Under the pieces are notes generated by a model that ran no database searches, was not told the origin of the DNA, and saw only the letters and a list, made by a program, of their open reading frames with translations. DNA of 64,000 nucleotides from positions 2,400 to 66,399 of the forward strand of contig JBILFF010000001.1 of NCBI GenBank assembly GCA_044351695.1. The letters run 5' to 3'. Position 1 is the first letter of the stretch; each line of letters begins with the position of its first letter. Shown here piece after piece: positions 50,278 to 60,318 of the stretch. The DNA comes from Bdellovibrionota bacterium. GTDB lineage: Bacteria > Bdellovibrionota > UBA2394. The translations under genes were made by a program, and so were the position numbers.

Positions 50278-51206
50278 CGTCTTATTAACTTTTTCTTCTT
50301 AGCCTCTTCGAGTTGCTGACGCGCGCTCTTGCGAACCACAGAGTCATCGTCGGCGATTAATAAAACCTCTTGAAACTTCACAATGGCCAAATCGTAGTAA
50401 TAGTTTTCGAGAGCTCGAGAGCCCTCTTCAAAGCGAAGGTCTGCTAAGGCGGTCTGATTGGTCTTCACTCGCTGTACGGCTTCACACACCTCGCGCGTAT
50501 TTTCCATTCGAGCAAAGCAGGCCAGGGCCAATCTATAGTTGCCCAAATCTTCATGCTCTCGGCAGGCCTCAAAGGCCTGAACGGGAGTAGGTTGTTTAGA
50601 GATTTTCGCGGCCGCACAGGGGTTGTCTTGAATCGCCGCCTGCGCTTGTTCTAGAATCTGCTGACTGCCCGTGGGCCCTCCCAGCATCTGCACTAAAACA
50701 ATCATGAGCAGAAGCACGCCTCCGCCCACGATGATTTTTTTCTTGAGCGGCGGGAGCGCCGCAAAGCGATCCAATAAACTTGCGCGAGGAGCCAGCCCAA
50801 CTGCCGTTTCTTCGGTCGGTCCTGAGGGTTTTGTTTTTGGGTGTTTCTGAAAGAACTGGCCCTCAAGATCTCCGATTTCAAAACGATCGTTATTTCGCAG
50901 CTCGGCTCGCTGCACGCGCTTTCCCTTCACTTTGATTCCATTGCGACTTTTTAAATCTTCGATAAATACGCCGCTCTCAGTCACATAAAACTGCGCGTGT
51001 TGTCGCGACACGCTCGGGTGATCAATCACAATTTGGTTTTCAGAAGCGCGACCCAGGGTAACGATCTCTGCCGAGAGGCTATACTCGCGGCCCTCGATAC
51101 GAATCAAACACTCGGGGGGTAATGGCTCGCCCCTCAGCTGACTTGAGCTTGCGGCGTAGGGATCTACTTTTGAGATCGATCTTCTGTTTTTTATGTTCGT
51201 ACTCAT
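50274..51206 (-). CDS. FHA-domain membrane protein with periplasmic TPR-like C-terminus
   Basis: FHA …VTLGRASENQIVIDHPSVSRQHAQF…SRNGIKV; TM IIVGGGVLLLMIVLV; 4-nt overlap with the downstream gene. Confidence 0.65.
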   Translation of the reverse strand: MSTNIKNRRSISKVDPYAASSSQLRGEPLPPECLIRIEGREYSLSAEIVTLGRASENQIVIDHPSVSRQHAQFYVTESGVFIEDLKSRNGIKVKGKRVQRAELRNNDRFEIGDLEGQFFQKHPKTKPSGPTEETAVGLAPRASLLDRFAALPPLKKKIIVGGGVLLLMIVLVQMLGGPTGSQQILEQAQAAIQDNPCAAAKISKQPTPVQAFEACREHEDLGNYRLALACFARMENTREVCEAVQRVKTNQTALADLRFEEGSRALENYYYDLAIVKFQEVLLIADDDSVVRKSARQQLEEAKKKKLIRR

Positions 51207-51249
51207 CGCTTCGCCGTCCTTGGTGTCTGTCGGCGAACCAGCTTGAAAC

Positions 51250-52842
51250 TTAAGCTTGGTAGAAGAACAACAAGGTCGCTACTTGCTTACCTTGATGTAG
51301 AAGCGGCATGCCCCGAACTTGTAAGATCCGGTCAGTGGCCGATACCGCCCTATCCATTACTTCCGGCGATCCACTCAACTCATTCAAAAAAGCCATCAGC
51401 TCCATTTGAAGGTGAGTGTCGGCAATGGCCTCAGTCACATGTTTTTGTGACCAATCCGATTGCATCGGAACAATGTCTTGGAGGTAACCCGAAACCGCCA
51501 TCACCTGGTTGTCCGGATCCACCGCCATAACGGCTCGTTCTTCCAACAGAAACACCTGATCTAAAAGAGTTTGCAAGAAGCCTGCCTCAGCCTGAGACCC
51601 CTCTGCCCCCCCCTTAACCCCCTGATTTACCTTTGAAATCAGCCGATTCAACTCGGCCACCAACTCGTCAAAGGCCGCAAAGCTTTGCAGACTCTCCACA
51701 TTTTGCGCTGTGCCCGTGTAGAGCAGATGAACCTCTTCGGTCAGGCTTCGAATGCCCTGCTTGGTCCAATACAAAACCGCCCAGACCAAAAGCAAAGAGA
51801 AGATCAGTACCAAAATTAAAGTTTGAGTTCGTATCGATGAAAACTTATCGATGGCTCGATTAAACTCTAGTGGTTCAAACAAAATTCGCGTGTACCCCAC
51901 CAGCTCCGGAGGGGCTGCGCCCTCTTTGCGCACCCGCACCGGATACACCACCTCGCACTGATCTCCGTTTTGACCCAAAAGTTTTGAGCCGCAAGTATCA
52001 ACGCGATTTTGAGTTCTCTGCGCCTCAAGAAACAAATCGTCTTTGGGCATCTTCACTCCGATCGGACACAAAGTGCCCCCGTCCTTGCCCAAAATAAATG
52101 CCTGATTCACACCCTCATTTCGGCCATAACCTTCGCAATCAAAAATGAGTTGCGACTGGGCTAAACTGAGCTTGGATCTCTCGCCCAAATTCTCGGCCAG
52201 AAGCTGCGCGTTCTTGCGCGCCTCAGCTAAAAAACGGAGCCGAGCCTCGGTATGGAGCGCTTGATACGATACAAAATGAAATCCAATGGCGCCCAAAATC
52301 ATCAGCAAAATAATTTTGAATTTAAAGTCGAGACGCTCAAATCGAGCATGAACAATCCCCGCCAGGGCCCGAAGCCGCGCGATCGGCGATTCCCGAGGGC
52401 CCATCGCCAGCGGTAAATTTGGATCAGGAGCGTCCTCTGCAAAACCCTCCGACTCAGCAGCGGCCGCCTGCTTTGCGTCGGCCATCGCATCCGCCCTGTT
52501 TTTGTAGGCTGTCTTTCTTTGTACCAGAGTTCGGGCCAGCTCTGCTTCGAGCTTAAATCCAAACTCGCCAAGCTCTACTCGATCGCCACTCTTGAGCGCC
52601 GCTGCCGGCACCTTTCTGCGATTTACACGTATGCCATTAAAGCTTTTGAGATCTCGTATCTTCCACTGTCCGTGTTCAAAAAAAATTTCTGCATGATTTC
52701 TGGAAACGGTTTGAGAGGGGAGCTCAATCGCCGAGAGCTCTTCTGCCGCTTCGGGCTCACGGCCTAATCGATAGACCTTTGATTCTTCGAGCTCAAAATC
52801 GCGTCCCGCCAGGGGGCCCTTTACAAAACGAATCCTTACCAT
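51250..52842 (-). CDS. FHA-domain protein with two TM helices and a C-terminal sensor-like domain
   Basis: N-terminal FHA (…YRLGREPEAAEELSAIELPSQTVSRNHAEI…FNGIRVN); TM segments near residues 170 and 340. Confidence 0.6.
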   Translation of the reverse strand: MVRIRFVKGPLAGRDFELEESKVYRLGREPEAAEELSAIELPSQTVSRNHAEIFFEHGQWKIRDLKSFNGIRVNRRKVPAAALKSGDRVELGEFGFKLEAELARTLVQRKTAYKNRADAMADAKQAAAAESEGFAEDAPDPNLPLAMGPRESPIARLRALAGIVHARFERLDFKFKIILLMILGAIGFHFVSYQALHTEARLRFLAEARKNAQLLAENLGERSKLSLAQSQLIFDCEGYGRNEGVNQAFILGKDGGTLCPIGVKMPKDDLFLEAQRTQNRVDTCGSKLLGQNGDQCEVVYPVRVRKEGAAPPELVGYTRILFEPLEFNRAIDKFSSIRTQTLILVLIFSLLLVWAVLYWTKQGIRSLTEEVHLLYTGTAQNVESLQSFAAFDELVAELNRLISKVNQGVKGGAEGSQAEAGFLQTLLDQVFLLEERAVMAVDPDNQVMAVSGYLQDIVPMQSDWSQKHVTEAIADTHLQMELMAFLNELSGSPEVMDRAVSATDRILQVRGMPLLHQGKQVATLLFFYQA

Positions 52843-53204
52843 TCGAGTCGATCCCCCACACGAAGATCGCCTAAATCACAGAGCGAAAACTCAACCAGAT
52901 AGCTACAGCCCCCCAGCAAATATCGCCCCGGAGCAATGAGCCGTCCGGGCTTAACCGCTCGATAGATTGCTCGCACTACTTTTTCAGAATTACAAAAAAC
53001 AATGTCGATCGAAAACTTCATGCCAAAAGTATGGACCACGGGCAAAAAGCCTCCGAGCGCCAAATCAAAAACCGCCGCCGATTGACGGGGGGCTTGCGAG
53101 TATTTAAGTAAGCCGCGGGCCCTCTCGGCAGCACTCCTAAAAAATTCGAGCCGCTCAGCAAGCAGTCGTTGGTCTCGATGGGCTTGTGCAAGTCTCGTGA
53201 TCAT
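52836..53204 (-). CDS. DUF192 (COG1430) family protein
   Basis: …MKFSIDIVFCNSEKVVRAIYRAVKPGRLIAPGRYLLGGCSYLVEF fits the DUF192 pattern (…ID.vF.d…V……P……YVLE); overlaps both neighbours. Confidence 0.55.
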   Translation of the reverse strand: MITRLAQAHRDQRLLAERLEFFRSAAERARGLLKYSQAPRQSAAVFDLALGGFLPVVHTFGMKFSIDIVFCNSEKVVRAIYRAVKPGRLIAPGRYLLGGCSYLVEFSLCDLGDLRVGDRLEW

Positions 53205-54181
53205 TACAAGAAGTTCTTAAATAAAGGGTTGTTGTAGTAGAGGTCGCAAACCACCGGCCCCAGAATCACAATAAAAACGGCAGGCAAAATACAAATGACC
53301 AGCGGTAATAAAATCTTTTGCGATGCCTTGGCCCCTTCGCGCTCCGCCTTAGCAAATCGATCGCGCCTCAAAAGATCACTCTGCGCCCGAAGCACGCCCC
53401 CAATGCTCGCTCCCATCTCGTCGGCCTGAATCAGAATCGAAACAAACGAAGAAATCTGCGACAGCTCTGTGCGATCGGCCATGTTTCTCAGCGAGTCGGC
53501 ACGCGAGGTGCCCAGCTGAATTTCTTTAAGAACCGTGTTGAGCTCATCGATGAGTGGGCCGGGCTTTGAAAACTGAATCACGCGCGAAAGTGCCGCCATA
53601 AAATCCATGCCGGCCTCAACAGAGAGCGTAAGCAAGTCCATGACATTGGGCAGCTCCCGAATGATCGCCTTTTGGCGCCGCTTTTTTGTTTCAATCACAA
53701 TATAGTCGGGAATATACAGCCCCACCAAAGCCACTAAAAGCGCGTGCGGCAGACCCAAGCTGCTGCCCGCCTGAAGCGCAAAGAGAGTCGCAAAAACAAC
53801 CGCAAGACCCGCAGCACAAATTTTGAGTCCCACAAATTCATCAGGATCAAACTGATCCGAAACTCCAGCCACAATAAACAGCTTGCGCTTTTTTTGCCTA
53901 TACATGGGCATCTTCATTTGCTGAATCCGAGGCACCATTGCCGAGTAAAATGGCGATAGAAATTTAAGTGACCAGTGCCGAAACACACGATTTGCGCTCT
54001 CAACCCCCAAGCGCTGCTGCGCGGCCAAAAGCTCTTGATCCGGAAAGATGAGCTTTACTGCATTAAAAACAAAAAAGCCGATGCACAGCATCCCTAAGAG
54101 CTGAAAACTCGTGGATAAAATATAATCAAAGGTCAAAGCCATGGATTGCTCCGTAAAGATTGATTGCAAGGCCCAAGCCAC
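53204..54181 (-). CDS. tadC: Tad/Flp pilus assembly inner-membrane platform protein TadC-like (T2SS-F domain)
   Basis: T2SSF-type polytopic membrane protein (…LPNVMDLLTLSVEAGMDFMAAL…). Confidence 0.75.
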   Translation of the reverse strand: MAWALQSIFTEQSMALTFDYILSTSFQLLGMLCIGFFVFNAVKLIFPDQELLAAQQRLGVESANRVFRHWSLKFLSPFYSAMVPRIQQMKMPMYRQKKRKLFIVAGVSDQFDPDEFVGLKICAAGLAVVFATLFALQAGSSLGLPHALLVALVGLYIPDYIVIETKKRRQKAIIRELPNVMDLLTLSVEAGMDFMAALSRVIQFSKPGPLIDELNTVLKEIQLGTSRADSLRNMADRTELSQISSFVSILIQADEMGASIGGVLRAQSDLLRRDRFAKAEREGAKASQKILLPLVICILPAVFIVILGPVVCDLYYNNPLFKNFL

Positions 54182-54218
54182 CCTAAGGCTCCGATATGAC
54201 CCAGGCCTTTACGCTGTT

Positions 54219-54233
54219 ATGAAAATTTTTCAT
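54219..54233. promoter_or_regulatory. 15-bp perfect palindrome ATGAAAATTTTTCAT in the tadC/uvrA divergent intergenic region
   Basis: Read directly from the sequence; candidate operator. Confidence 0.4.
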
Positions 54234-54353
54234 TAAACGCGAGCCCATCTCGACTCTGAGTCGCCGAAACCGAGAGAGCGCGCGCGGCCCTCTCTGTAAA
54301 CTGGCCGCATTCTCGATTGCGCCTAACGACAAGCCCTGGCAGCGTGAGTTTGA

Positions 54354-57158
54354 ATGGCGCCAACAACGCAGAAAGCCTCAGAATCTGTATTAAGCCCCTC
54401 ACGTCGGGTCAAAATCATTGGCGCCCGCCAAAACAATCTTAAAAACCTGAGTCTCGAAATTCCTCTCGAACAACTCATTTGCATCACCGGCCCCAGCGGC
54501 TCCGGAAAAAGTTCGCTGGCTTTTGATACGCTCTATGCCGAAGGCTATCGAAGATACGTAGAATCCTTAAGCACCTATGCTCGGCAATTTTTTGAAAAGG
54601 TGCCCAAGCCCGACGTCGATACGATTGAAAATGTTTGTCCCTCGATCGCGCTTCAACAGACGAATCCTATTAAAAACTCTCGCTCCACCGTAGGAACATC
54701 CACAGAGATTTACGACTACCTGCGCCTGTTTTTCTCTAAAGTCGCCGAGGCACACTGTCCGAACGGCCATGGACTTATTGCCTCAGACACTCCGCAGTCT
54801 GCAGCCGATCAGGTTTTAGCAGCGCTTGGCCAAAGCAGCGATCGCGCCTACTTGGGCTTTTTTTTGCCGGCAGCCACTCCTGTGGACCAGCTTTTAGAAC
54901 AAGGTTTTTTGCGTCGTTTAAAATCAGAAAAATTACCCGAGCCGCTGGAGCTTGAGACCGAGCGCGGCCAAAAGCTTTCAAAAGGCTCTTTGATTGTTCT
55001 CGATCGCCTTGTCGTCAGTCACCAAGATCGCTTTCGCCTGATTGAGTCTTTTGAATCAAGTTTTCGAATGGGAGAGGCTCACGCTTTTATTTATCTTTTA
55101 GAAAAGAAGGCCTTCTATCGATTTAGTGCACAAGAGTCTTGTAGCCAGTGTAGCGCCAGCCTGCCGCGAAAAGATCCGCTTTTGTTTTCATTCAATTCCC
55201 CGCTGGGCGCCTGTTCTCACTGCAAAGGATTTGGCAACACACTGGAGTACGATGAGAGCCTTTTGATTCCACGACCAAGACTGAGTCTTGAGAGGGGTGC
55301 CGTGGAGCCTTTGACCAAAAAAATCATGTCGAAGGCTAAACGAAAGCTCTTCGACTTTGTTGACGAAGAAGGAATTTCTAAGAATGTGCCCTTTAATGAG
55401 TTAAGTGCTGAGCACCAAAAAATGATTCTCGTGGGCAAGGGCAAGTATAAGGGCGTGGTGGGATCCTTTAAGGCTCTCGAAGAAAAAAAATACAAACTTC
55501 ATATTCGCGTCTTTTTGCGCAGATATCAGGCGAGCGTGTTATGCACGATTTGTCGTGGCGCTCGACTTCGACCCGAGTCCCTCTACTTTAAGATCAAAGA
55601 TAAAAATATTTTTGATCTTTGCTTAAGCCCCCTCGGCTCACTCGAAAATTGGTTTAAAAAAATAAAGCTCAAAGAGTCTGAGCAAAAAATATCAGAAGAA
55701 ATTTTGAGACAAATCAAAAGTCGAATTCATTTTTTAAATCGAATGGGGCTTCATTATTTAAATCTGCACCGCCTTTCTAAAACGCTTTCGGGCGGCGAGT
55801 CTCAGCGCATCGCCCTGGCCAACCAGCTTGGCTCCGAACTCTCGGGTACTTTGTATGTTTTAGATGAGCCCTCGATTGGACTTCATGCGATCGATCGCGA
55901 CCGCCTGCTCCTTTCTTTGCGCGAGCTCGTGGATCGCGGCAACTCCGTGGTGGTGGTAGAGCATGATCTCGACACCATCAAAACCGCCGATCAGGTCATC
56001 GAGATGGGGCCTAAAAGCGGTATCGAGGGCGGCCAGATTGTGTTTCAAGGCGATCAAAAGTCTTTTCTATCTTCCAACACTCTCACCGCTCAGTTTGCCA
56101 GGGGCGAGAAAAAAATTCCTTTGCCCCCTAAACGAAGAGAGAAGTCCTCGCACTGGCTGAGTCTTCAGGGCTGCTCCGAAAACAACTTGCAAGATGTAAA
56201 TTTCAGAATTCCCCTTAATCGACTGGTGGGAATCTCTGGGGTTTCTGGCAGCGGCAAAAGTACGCTCGTTCGACAAACGCTCTACAATGCTCTCGCTCGG
56301 CTTTTTAATAACTCCACCGAGGGCATCGGTCGCTTTAAAAAACTTTTTGGATCTGATCGACTTAAGGGCGTATCTCTTCTCGATCAATCTCCGATTGGGC
56401 GGACCAGCCGCAGCATTCCTTTATCGGTCATCGGGGCCTACGATGAGGTTCGTAAACTTTTTTCGTCGGTCGCTCAGCAAAGGGGAAAGGCCTGGGGTCC
56501 AGGGCACTTCTCTTTCAATGTTTCTGGGGGACGATGCGAGACTTGTTCGGGCGAGGGATATGTGACGACCGAGATGTATTTTCTCGATGACCTTCGGCTG
56601 ATTTGCGAGGACTGCGACGGCAAGAGATTTAAAAAAGAAGTGCTCGATCTCAAATACCGCGGAAAGAGCATTCACGATGTCTTTCAGTTAACGGCGAGCG
56701 AAGCAAAATCTTTTTTTGCTGACCAAAAAAGCCTTGTGCTTAAGTTTCAACAACTTGAAAAAGTGGGCTTGGGATATATTCAACTCGGGCAAAGTAGCCA
56801 AAGTCTATCGGGGGGCGAGTCTCAGCGACTTAAAATTGCCGCAGAAATTTTTAACGTTAAAAAGAAGCAGCAGCTCTATATATTAGACGAGCCCACCACT
56901 GGTCTTCATGTCAGCGAGATCGCCTTGCTGCTTGAGCTTCTTCAAGATCTTGTAGACGCCGGAAACACAGTGGTGGTGATCGAGCACAATCTCGATGTTT
57001 TAAAGTGCGTCGACTGGCTTGTTGATTTGGGTCCCGGGGCGGGCGTCGAAGGCGGGCAAATCGTCGGAGAAGGGGCTCCAGAAGACATCGCCTCGCTGGA
57101 TACACCAACGGGGCGCTTTATTCGCCCAATCATTCAATCTTCTCGCTTGAGCCACTGA
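54354..57158 (+). CDS. uvrA: excinuclease ABC subunit UvrA
   Basis: Two ABC ATPase modules ([20 protein letters not shown]), zinc-finger Cys clusters, LSGGE signature; 934 aa. Confidence 0.95.
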   Translation: MAPTTQKASESVLSPSRRVKIIGARQNNLKNLSLEIPLEQLICITGPSGSGKSSLAFDTLYAEGYRRYVESLSTYARQFFEKVPKPDVDTIENVCPSIALQQTNPIKNSRSTVGTSTEIYDYLRLFFSKVAEAHCPNGHGLIASDTPQSAADQVLAALGQSSDRAYLGFFLPAATPVDQLLEQGFLRRLKSEKLPEPLELETERGQKLSKGSLIVLDRLVVSHQDRFRLIESFESSFRMGEAHAFIYLLEKKAFYRFSAQESCSQCSASLPRKDPLLFSFNSPLGACSHCKGFGNTLEYDESLLIPRPRLSLERGAVEPLTKKIMSKAKRKLFDFVDEEGISKNVPFNELSAEHQKMILVGKGKYKGVVGSFKALEEKKYKLHIRVFLRRYQASVLCTICRGARLRPESLYFKIKDKNIFDLCLSPLGSLENWFKKIKLKESEQKISEEILRQIKSRIHFLNRMGLHYLNLHRLSKTLSGGESQRIALANQLGSELSGTLYVLDEPSIGLHAIDRDRLLLSLRELVDRGNSVVVVEHDLDTIKTADQVIEMGPKSGIEGGQIVFQGDQKSFLSSNTLTAQFARGEKKIPLPPKRREKSSHWLSLQGCSENNLQDVNFRIPLNRLVGISGVSGSGKSTLVRQTLYNALARLFNNSTEGIGRFKKLFGSDRLKGVSLLDQSPIGRTSRSIPLSVIGAYDEVRKLFSSVAQQRGKAWGPGHFSFNVSGGRCETCSGEGYVTTEMYFLDDLRLICEDCDGKRFKKEVLDLKYRGKSIHDVFQLTASEAKSFFADQKSLVLKFQQLEKVGLGYIQLGQSSQSLSGGESQRLKIAAEIFNVKKKQQLYILDEPTTGLHVSEIALLLELLQDLVDAGNTVVVIEHNLDVLKCVDWLVDLGPGAGVEGGQIVGEGAPEDIASLDTPTGRFIRPIIQSSRLSH

Positions 57159-57862
57159 ATATAAAGACGCCCACGGGTTTTAGAGTCAAAAGACTCATGA
57201 CCCAAAGCCTCATAGACCTCAAGTTTGCTTAAATCTTTGGGGATCACAAAAGATCTCTTCTGCAGTCTTACTGTTTTTCCATAAGCCTGACAGTCTTTGC
57301 AGGCTTCTTCGACTTGAGCGCCCTGACCATGACACTCCTCGCAGGTTTTCTTCCAACGAAACGAGGCCCCTCGCGAAATCATTTTGTATCCTAGGCCCGC
57401 ACAGCTCTTACATCGCACGCGCTTAGACCGAGAAGATCCGCCACTGCCGCGACAATGGGCACAGACCTCCTCCACACTCCACTGGACTTCTTGGGACTGG
57501 CCAGATCTTTTGCCCAAATCGACAATCACTATAATTCTTTGATCAAGCTTTTCGACGCGGGCTGGGCTCTCGGGGTTCGTCGCCTTGAGCGCATTCGCGC
57601 GTGTCGAGGACTTTGGCGACCAACGATCGTAAGCAACGAGTCGATTTTCATTGCGCGAGTTGGTGCCTATTTTTTTTCTGATCTTTTCGATGCGTGTTTG
57701 GCTTTTAAGTTGATCATACGCCTCTTGAATCGTCGCAAATTCCTCGGCTCGATCAGGCGCGACATCTGGATGAAACAATCTGGCCAACTGCTTGTAGGCC
57801 TTGCGAATCTCTTCGAGACTCGCGTCGGGGCTTAGACCTAAATCGGCAAAATAATCTCTCAC
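57134..57862 (-). CDS. J-domain protein with CR-type zinc finger (DnaJ-like)
   Basis: N-terminal J-domain (DYFADLGLSPDASLEEIRKAYKQLARLFHPD); CxxCxGxG repeats. Confidence 0.75.
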   Translation of the reverse strand: MRDYFADLGLSPDASLEEIRKAYKQLARLFHPDVAPDRAEEFATIQEAYDQLKSQTRIEKIRKKIGTNSRNENRLVAYDRWSPKSSTRANALKATNPESPARVEKLDQRIIVIVDLGKRSGQSQEVQWSVEEVCAHCRGSGGSSRSKRVRCKSCAGLGYKMISRGASFRWKKTCEECHGQGAQVEEACKDCQAYGKTVRLQKRSFVIPKDLSKLEVYEALGHESFDSKTRGRLYIQWLKRED

Positions 57863-57907
57863 TCAAAATCATTTTACTACTGTGGGCTTTGAATTAGTCT
57901 CTTTTTT

Positions 57908-59356
57908 ATGATTTTGGGGATTGATCAAGGCACGACAGGCAGCACGGCCATTTTACTCGACGAGTCGGGTCATCTACTTGCATCGCACACAGCTGCGGTG
58001 CCCCAACACTTTCCGAAGCCGGGGTGGGTCGAGCACGATCCCGAAGAGATTTGGGTGAGCGTCGAGTCTGCCGTGCGAGGCTGTCTTGAGAAAGCAAAGC
58101 GCTCAAGCTCCGACATTCACGCCATCGGCATAACCAATCAAAGAGAAACGCTGAGCCTCTTTGATCATCGCCGCGCCCTGCACCGTTTCATCGTTTGGCA
58201 AGATCGACGAACCAGTGCGGACTGTCGTCGCCTCGACAAACACATGGGGCTAGTCAGAAAAATTTCAGGCACACCGATTGATCCCTACTTTTCGTCGACC
58301 AAGATTCGCTGGCTCTTGAAACAACTCAAGATCCGGCGCGCCTCTCAAGATTTGCGATTTCGAACAATCGACAGCTATCTGCTGCAGCGACTCTGCGGCG
58401 AAGACGCCATGGAATGCAGCAATGCACACCGCACTCAGCTTTTAGATTTGCGACGCGCCGTGTGGAGCGACCGTCTTTTAGATGTTTTTCAGGTGCCAAA
58501 AAGTCTTTGCCCGCCCATCATTCCGAGCGAGGGCTTCAGTTTTAAAACGCAGGCCCTCGGGTTTCTGCCCAAGGGCATTCCAGTGGTGGCAGCTCTTGGC
58601 GATCAACAAGCAGCTCTGTTTGGACAGGGGGCGTGGAAGAAGGGTGCCGGCAAGATTACCTACGGCACGGGCTCTTTTATTTTGATTCACACTGGCGACA
58701 CCCCCGTGGTCTCAAAACGCGATTTGGTTTCGACGATCGCCCTACAGCCGAGCTCTGGCAAAACTCAGTATGCGCTTGAAGGAAGTGTTTTTGTTTGTGG
58801 CGCGTGGGTTCAGTGGCTTCGAGACCAGCTTGGAATGATTTCAACATCTGCTGAGATCGAAGCACTGGCGCGCGAGAGTGTTGATAGCGATGGCGTGCTG
58901 GTAGTCCCCGCTCTCACTGGCCTTGGCGCCCCCTTTTGGAGGGCCTCTGCTCGCGGGCTCATCGCTGGACTCACGCGCGGAAGCCATCGAGGCCATATCG
59001 CTTACGCCTCGATCGAGGGGCTCGCCTTCCAGAATCGCGCCCTCATTGATTCTTTGAAAGACGAGGGCATTAAGCTGAGGCTCTCAAACTGGCGAGTCGA
59101 TGGTGGGGCGGCCAAAAATAATTTACTTCTAGAAATTCAGTCTCAGCTTTTAAACGCAGTCGTTTTACGACCCAAGAATCTCGAGGCCACAGCCACGGGC
59201 GTTGCCTATCTGGCGGGGCTTTCTAAAAAACACTGGAGCCTCAGTGATATCGAAAAGCTTTGGGAGCTCGATCAAAAGTTTGAGCCACAAAAATCGAGGT
59301 CCCAAAAATTAGAGCGGCGCTATCAAGAATGGCGACGGCTGGCTGAACTCTCTTAA
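57908..59356 (+). CDS. glpK: glycerol kinase (FGGY family)
   Basis: ILGIDQGTTGS, HFPKPGWVEHDPEEIW; FGGY N- and C-terminal domains. Confidence 0.85.
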   Translation: MILGIDQGTTGSTAILLDESGHLLASHTAAVPQHFPKPGWVEHDPEEIWVSVESAVRGCLEKAKRSSSDIHAIGITNQRETLSLFDHRRALHRFIVWQDRRTSADCRRLDKHMGLVRKISGTPIDPYFSSTKIRWLLKQLKIRRASQDLRFRTIDSYLLQRLCGEDAMECSNAHRTQLLDLRRAVWSDRLLDVFQVPKSLCPPIIPSEGFSFKTQALGFLPKGIPVVAALGDQQAALFGQGAWKKGAGKITYGTGSFILIHTGDTPVVSKRDLVSTIALQPSSGKTQYALEGSVFVCGAWVQWLRDQLGMISTSAEIEALARESVDSDGVLVVPALTGLGAPFWRASARGLIAGLTRGSHRGHIAYASIEGLAFQNRALIDSLKDEGIKLRLSNWRVDGGAAKNNLLLEIQSQLLNAVVLRPKNLEATATGVAYLAGLSKKHWSLSDIEKLWELDQKFEPQKSRSQKLERRYQEWRRLAELS

Positions 59357-60228
59357 TAGCGACGATCTGCAAGAGCTTCGGCGACTCGCCCATTTTCATA
59401 GGCCTCGTAACACGGCAGTGACTCGAGCTCTTTTTTAAAAGTCACTTGGTAGGCCCGTTGGATCCGGCCCTCTAACAAATTCTGAGAAATCCACTTTCGA
59501 TCAATCTCGGCCAGTGGCGTTTCAACAAAATAAGTGCCATCCACGGGCAGGCCCGAATCGCGGCCCCTGATTCCGGCCCACAATTCCTTCATACGATCCA
59601 CCCAATACTCTCCGATTCCGTCCCGCGAATAGTAGCCCATGACATCTTGATCCCAGGTGATCTTCCAAAGTCTTTCTGCCAATTCAATAGAAGAAACACA
59701 CCGATCCTCCTCGGTCGCCCGCAGCTCAAGCATTCGAGCAATGGTGACGCGAGAACTGATTAGATCTCCAAGCGAGCTCGCGTAGGCCTCTTCAAGCGCG
59801 ATGATCGCCTTCGCCTCTGGCAAATCCCGATAGAGCTGCGCTGGTCGTGATCTCATCCAGTTCCATTGCGCTCGATACCTTGGCTCTTTTTTAAGATGAT
59901 TGGTGTAAAAAGAATGAAATGACTCGTGCGCCAAAGTGCCCAGATTTAATGGCCCGAGTCGCGACCACGACTTGAGTCGTCCGCCATTATCTGAAAAGTT
60001 TTCAGCAAGAACCATCGTATTCGTAAATGGATGAAAGCGATCTGTACCATCAGAGCTAAATCGTATGCGCCCCACAGACGCTAAGCCCTCGGTCCAGAAT
60101 CTAAAGCCGTAAAATGGGGCCTTTGATCTCAGCTCATTAAAAAAAGTTTCTGTTTGCCACGACTGTGCCTCAACCCGAAGCGAGGCCAGGCCCAATAGGC
60201 TTGCCGCACACCAAAAAAATAATCGCAT
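59353..60228 (-). CDS. hypothetical secreted protein with HExxH motif (possible zinc metallopeptidase-like)
   Basis: Signal peptide MRLFFWCAASLLGLASLRVEA; HESFH motif. Confidence 0.4.
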   Translation of the reverse strand: MRLFFWCAASLLGLASLRVEAQSWQTETFFNELRSKAPFYGFRFWTEGLASVGRIRFSSDGTDRFHPFTNTMVLAENFSDNGGRLKSWSRLGPLNLGTLAHESFHSFYTNHLKKEPRYRAQWNWMRSRPAQLYRDLPEAKAIIALEEAYASSLGDLISSRVTIARMLELRATEEDRCVSSIELAERLWKITWDQDVMGYYSRDGIGEYWVDRMKELWAGIRGRDSGLPVDGTYFVETPLAEIDRKWISQNLLEGRIQRAYQVTFKKELESLPCYEAYENGRVAEALADRRY

Positions 60229-60318
60229 TTTCCCCCTCCGAGATCTTCATTCAAAAAAACAAATGCAGATCTCTTCCCCCAATTTCTATTACACGGATAT
60301 AGTGGTGGGCAGGTCAAT

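Noticed and set aside
54217-54402. 61-aa minus-strand ORF
   Set aside because: It spans the intergenic palindrome and overlaps the uvrA start, so it is most likely non-coding.
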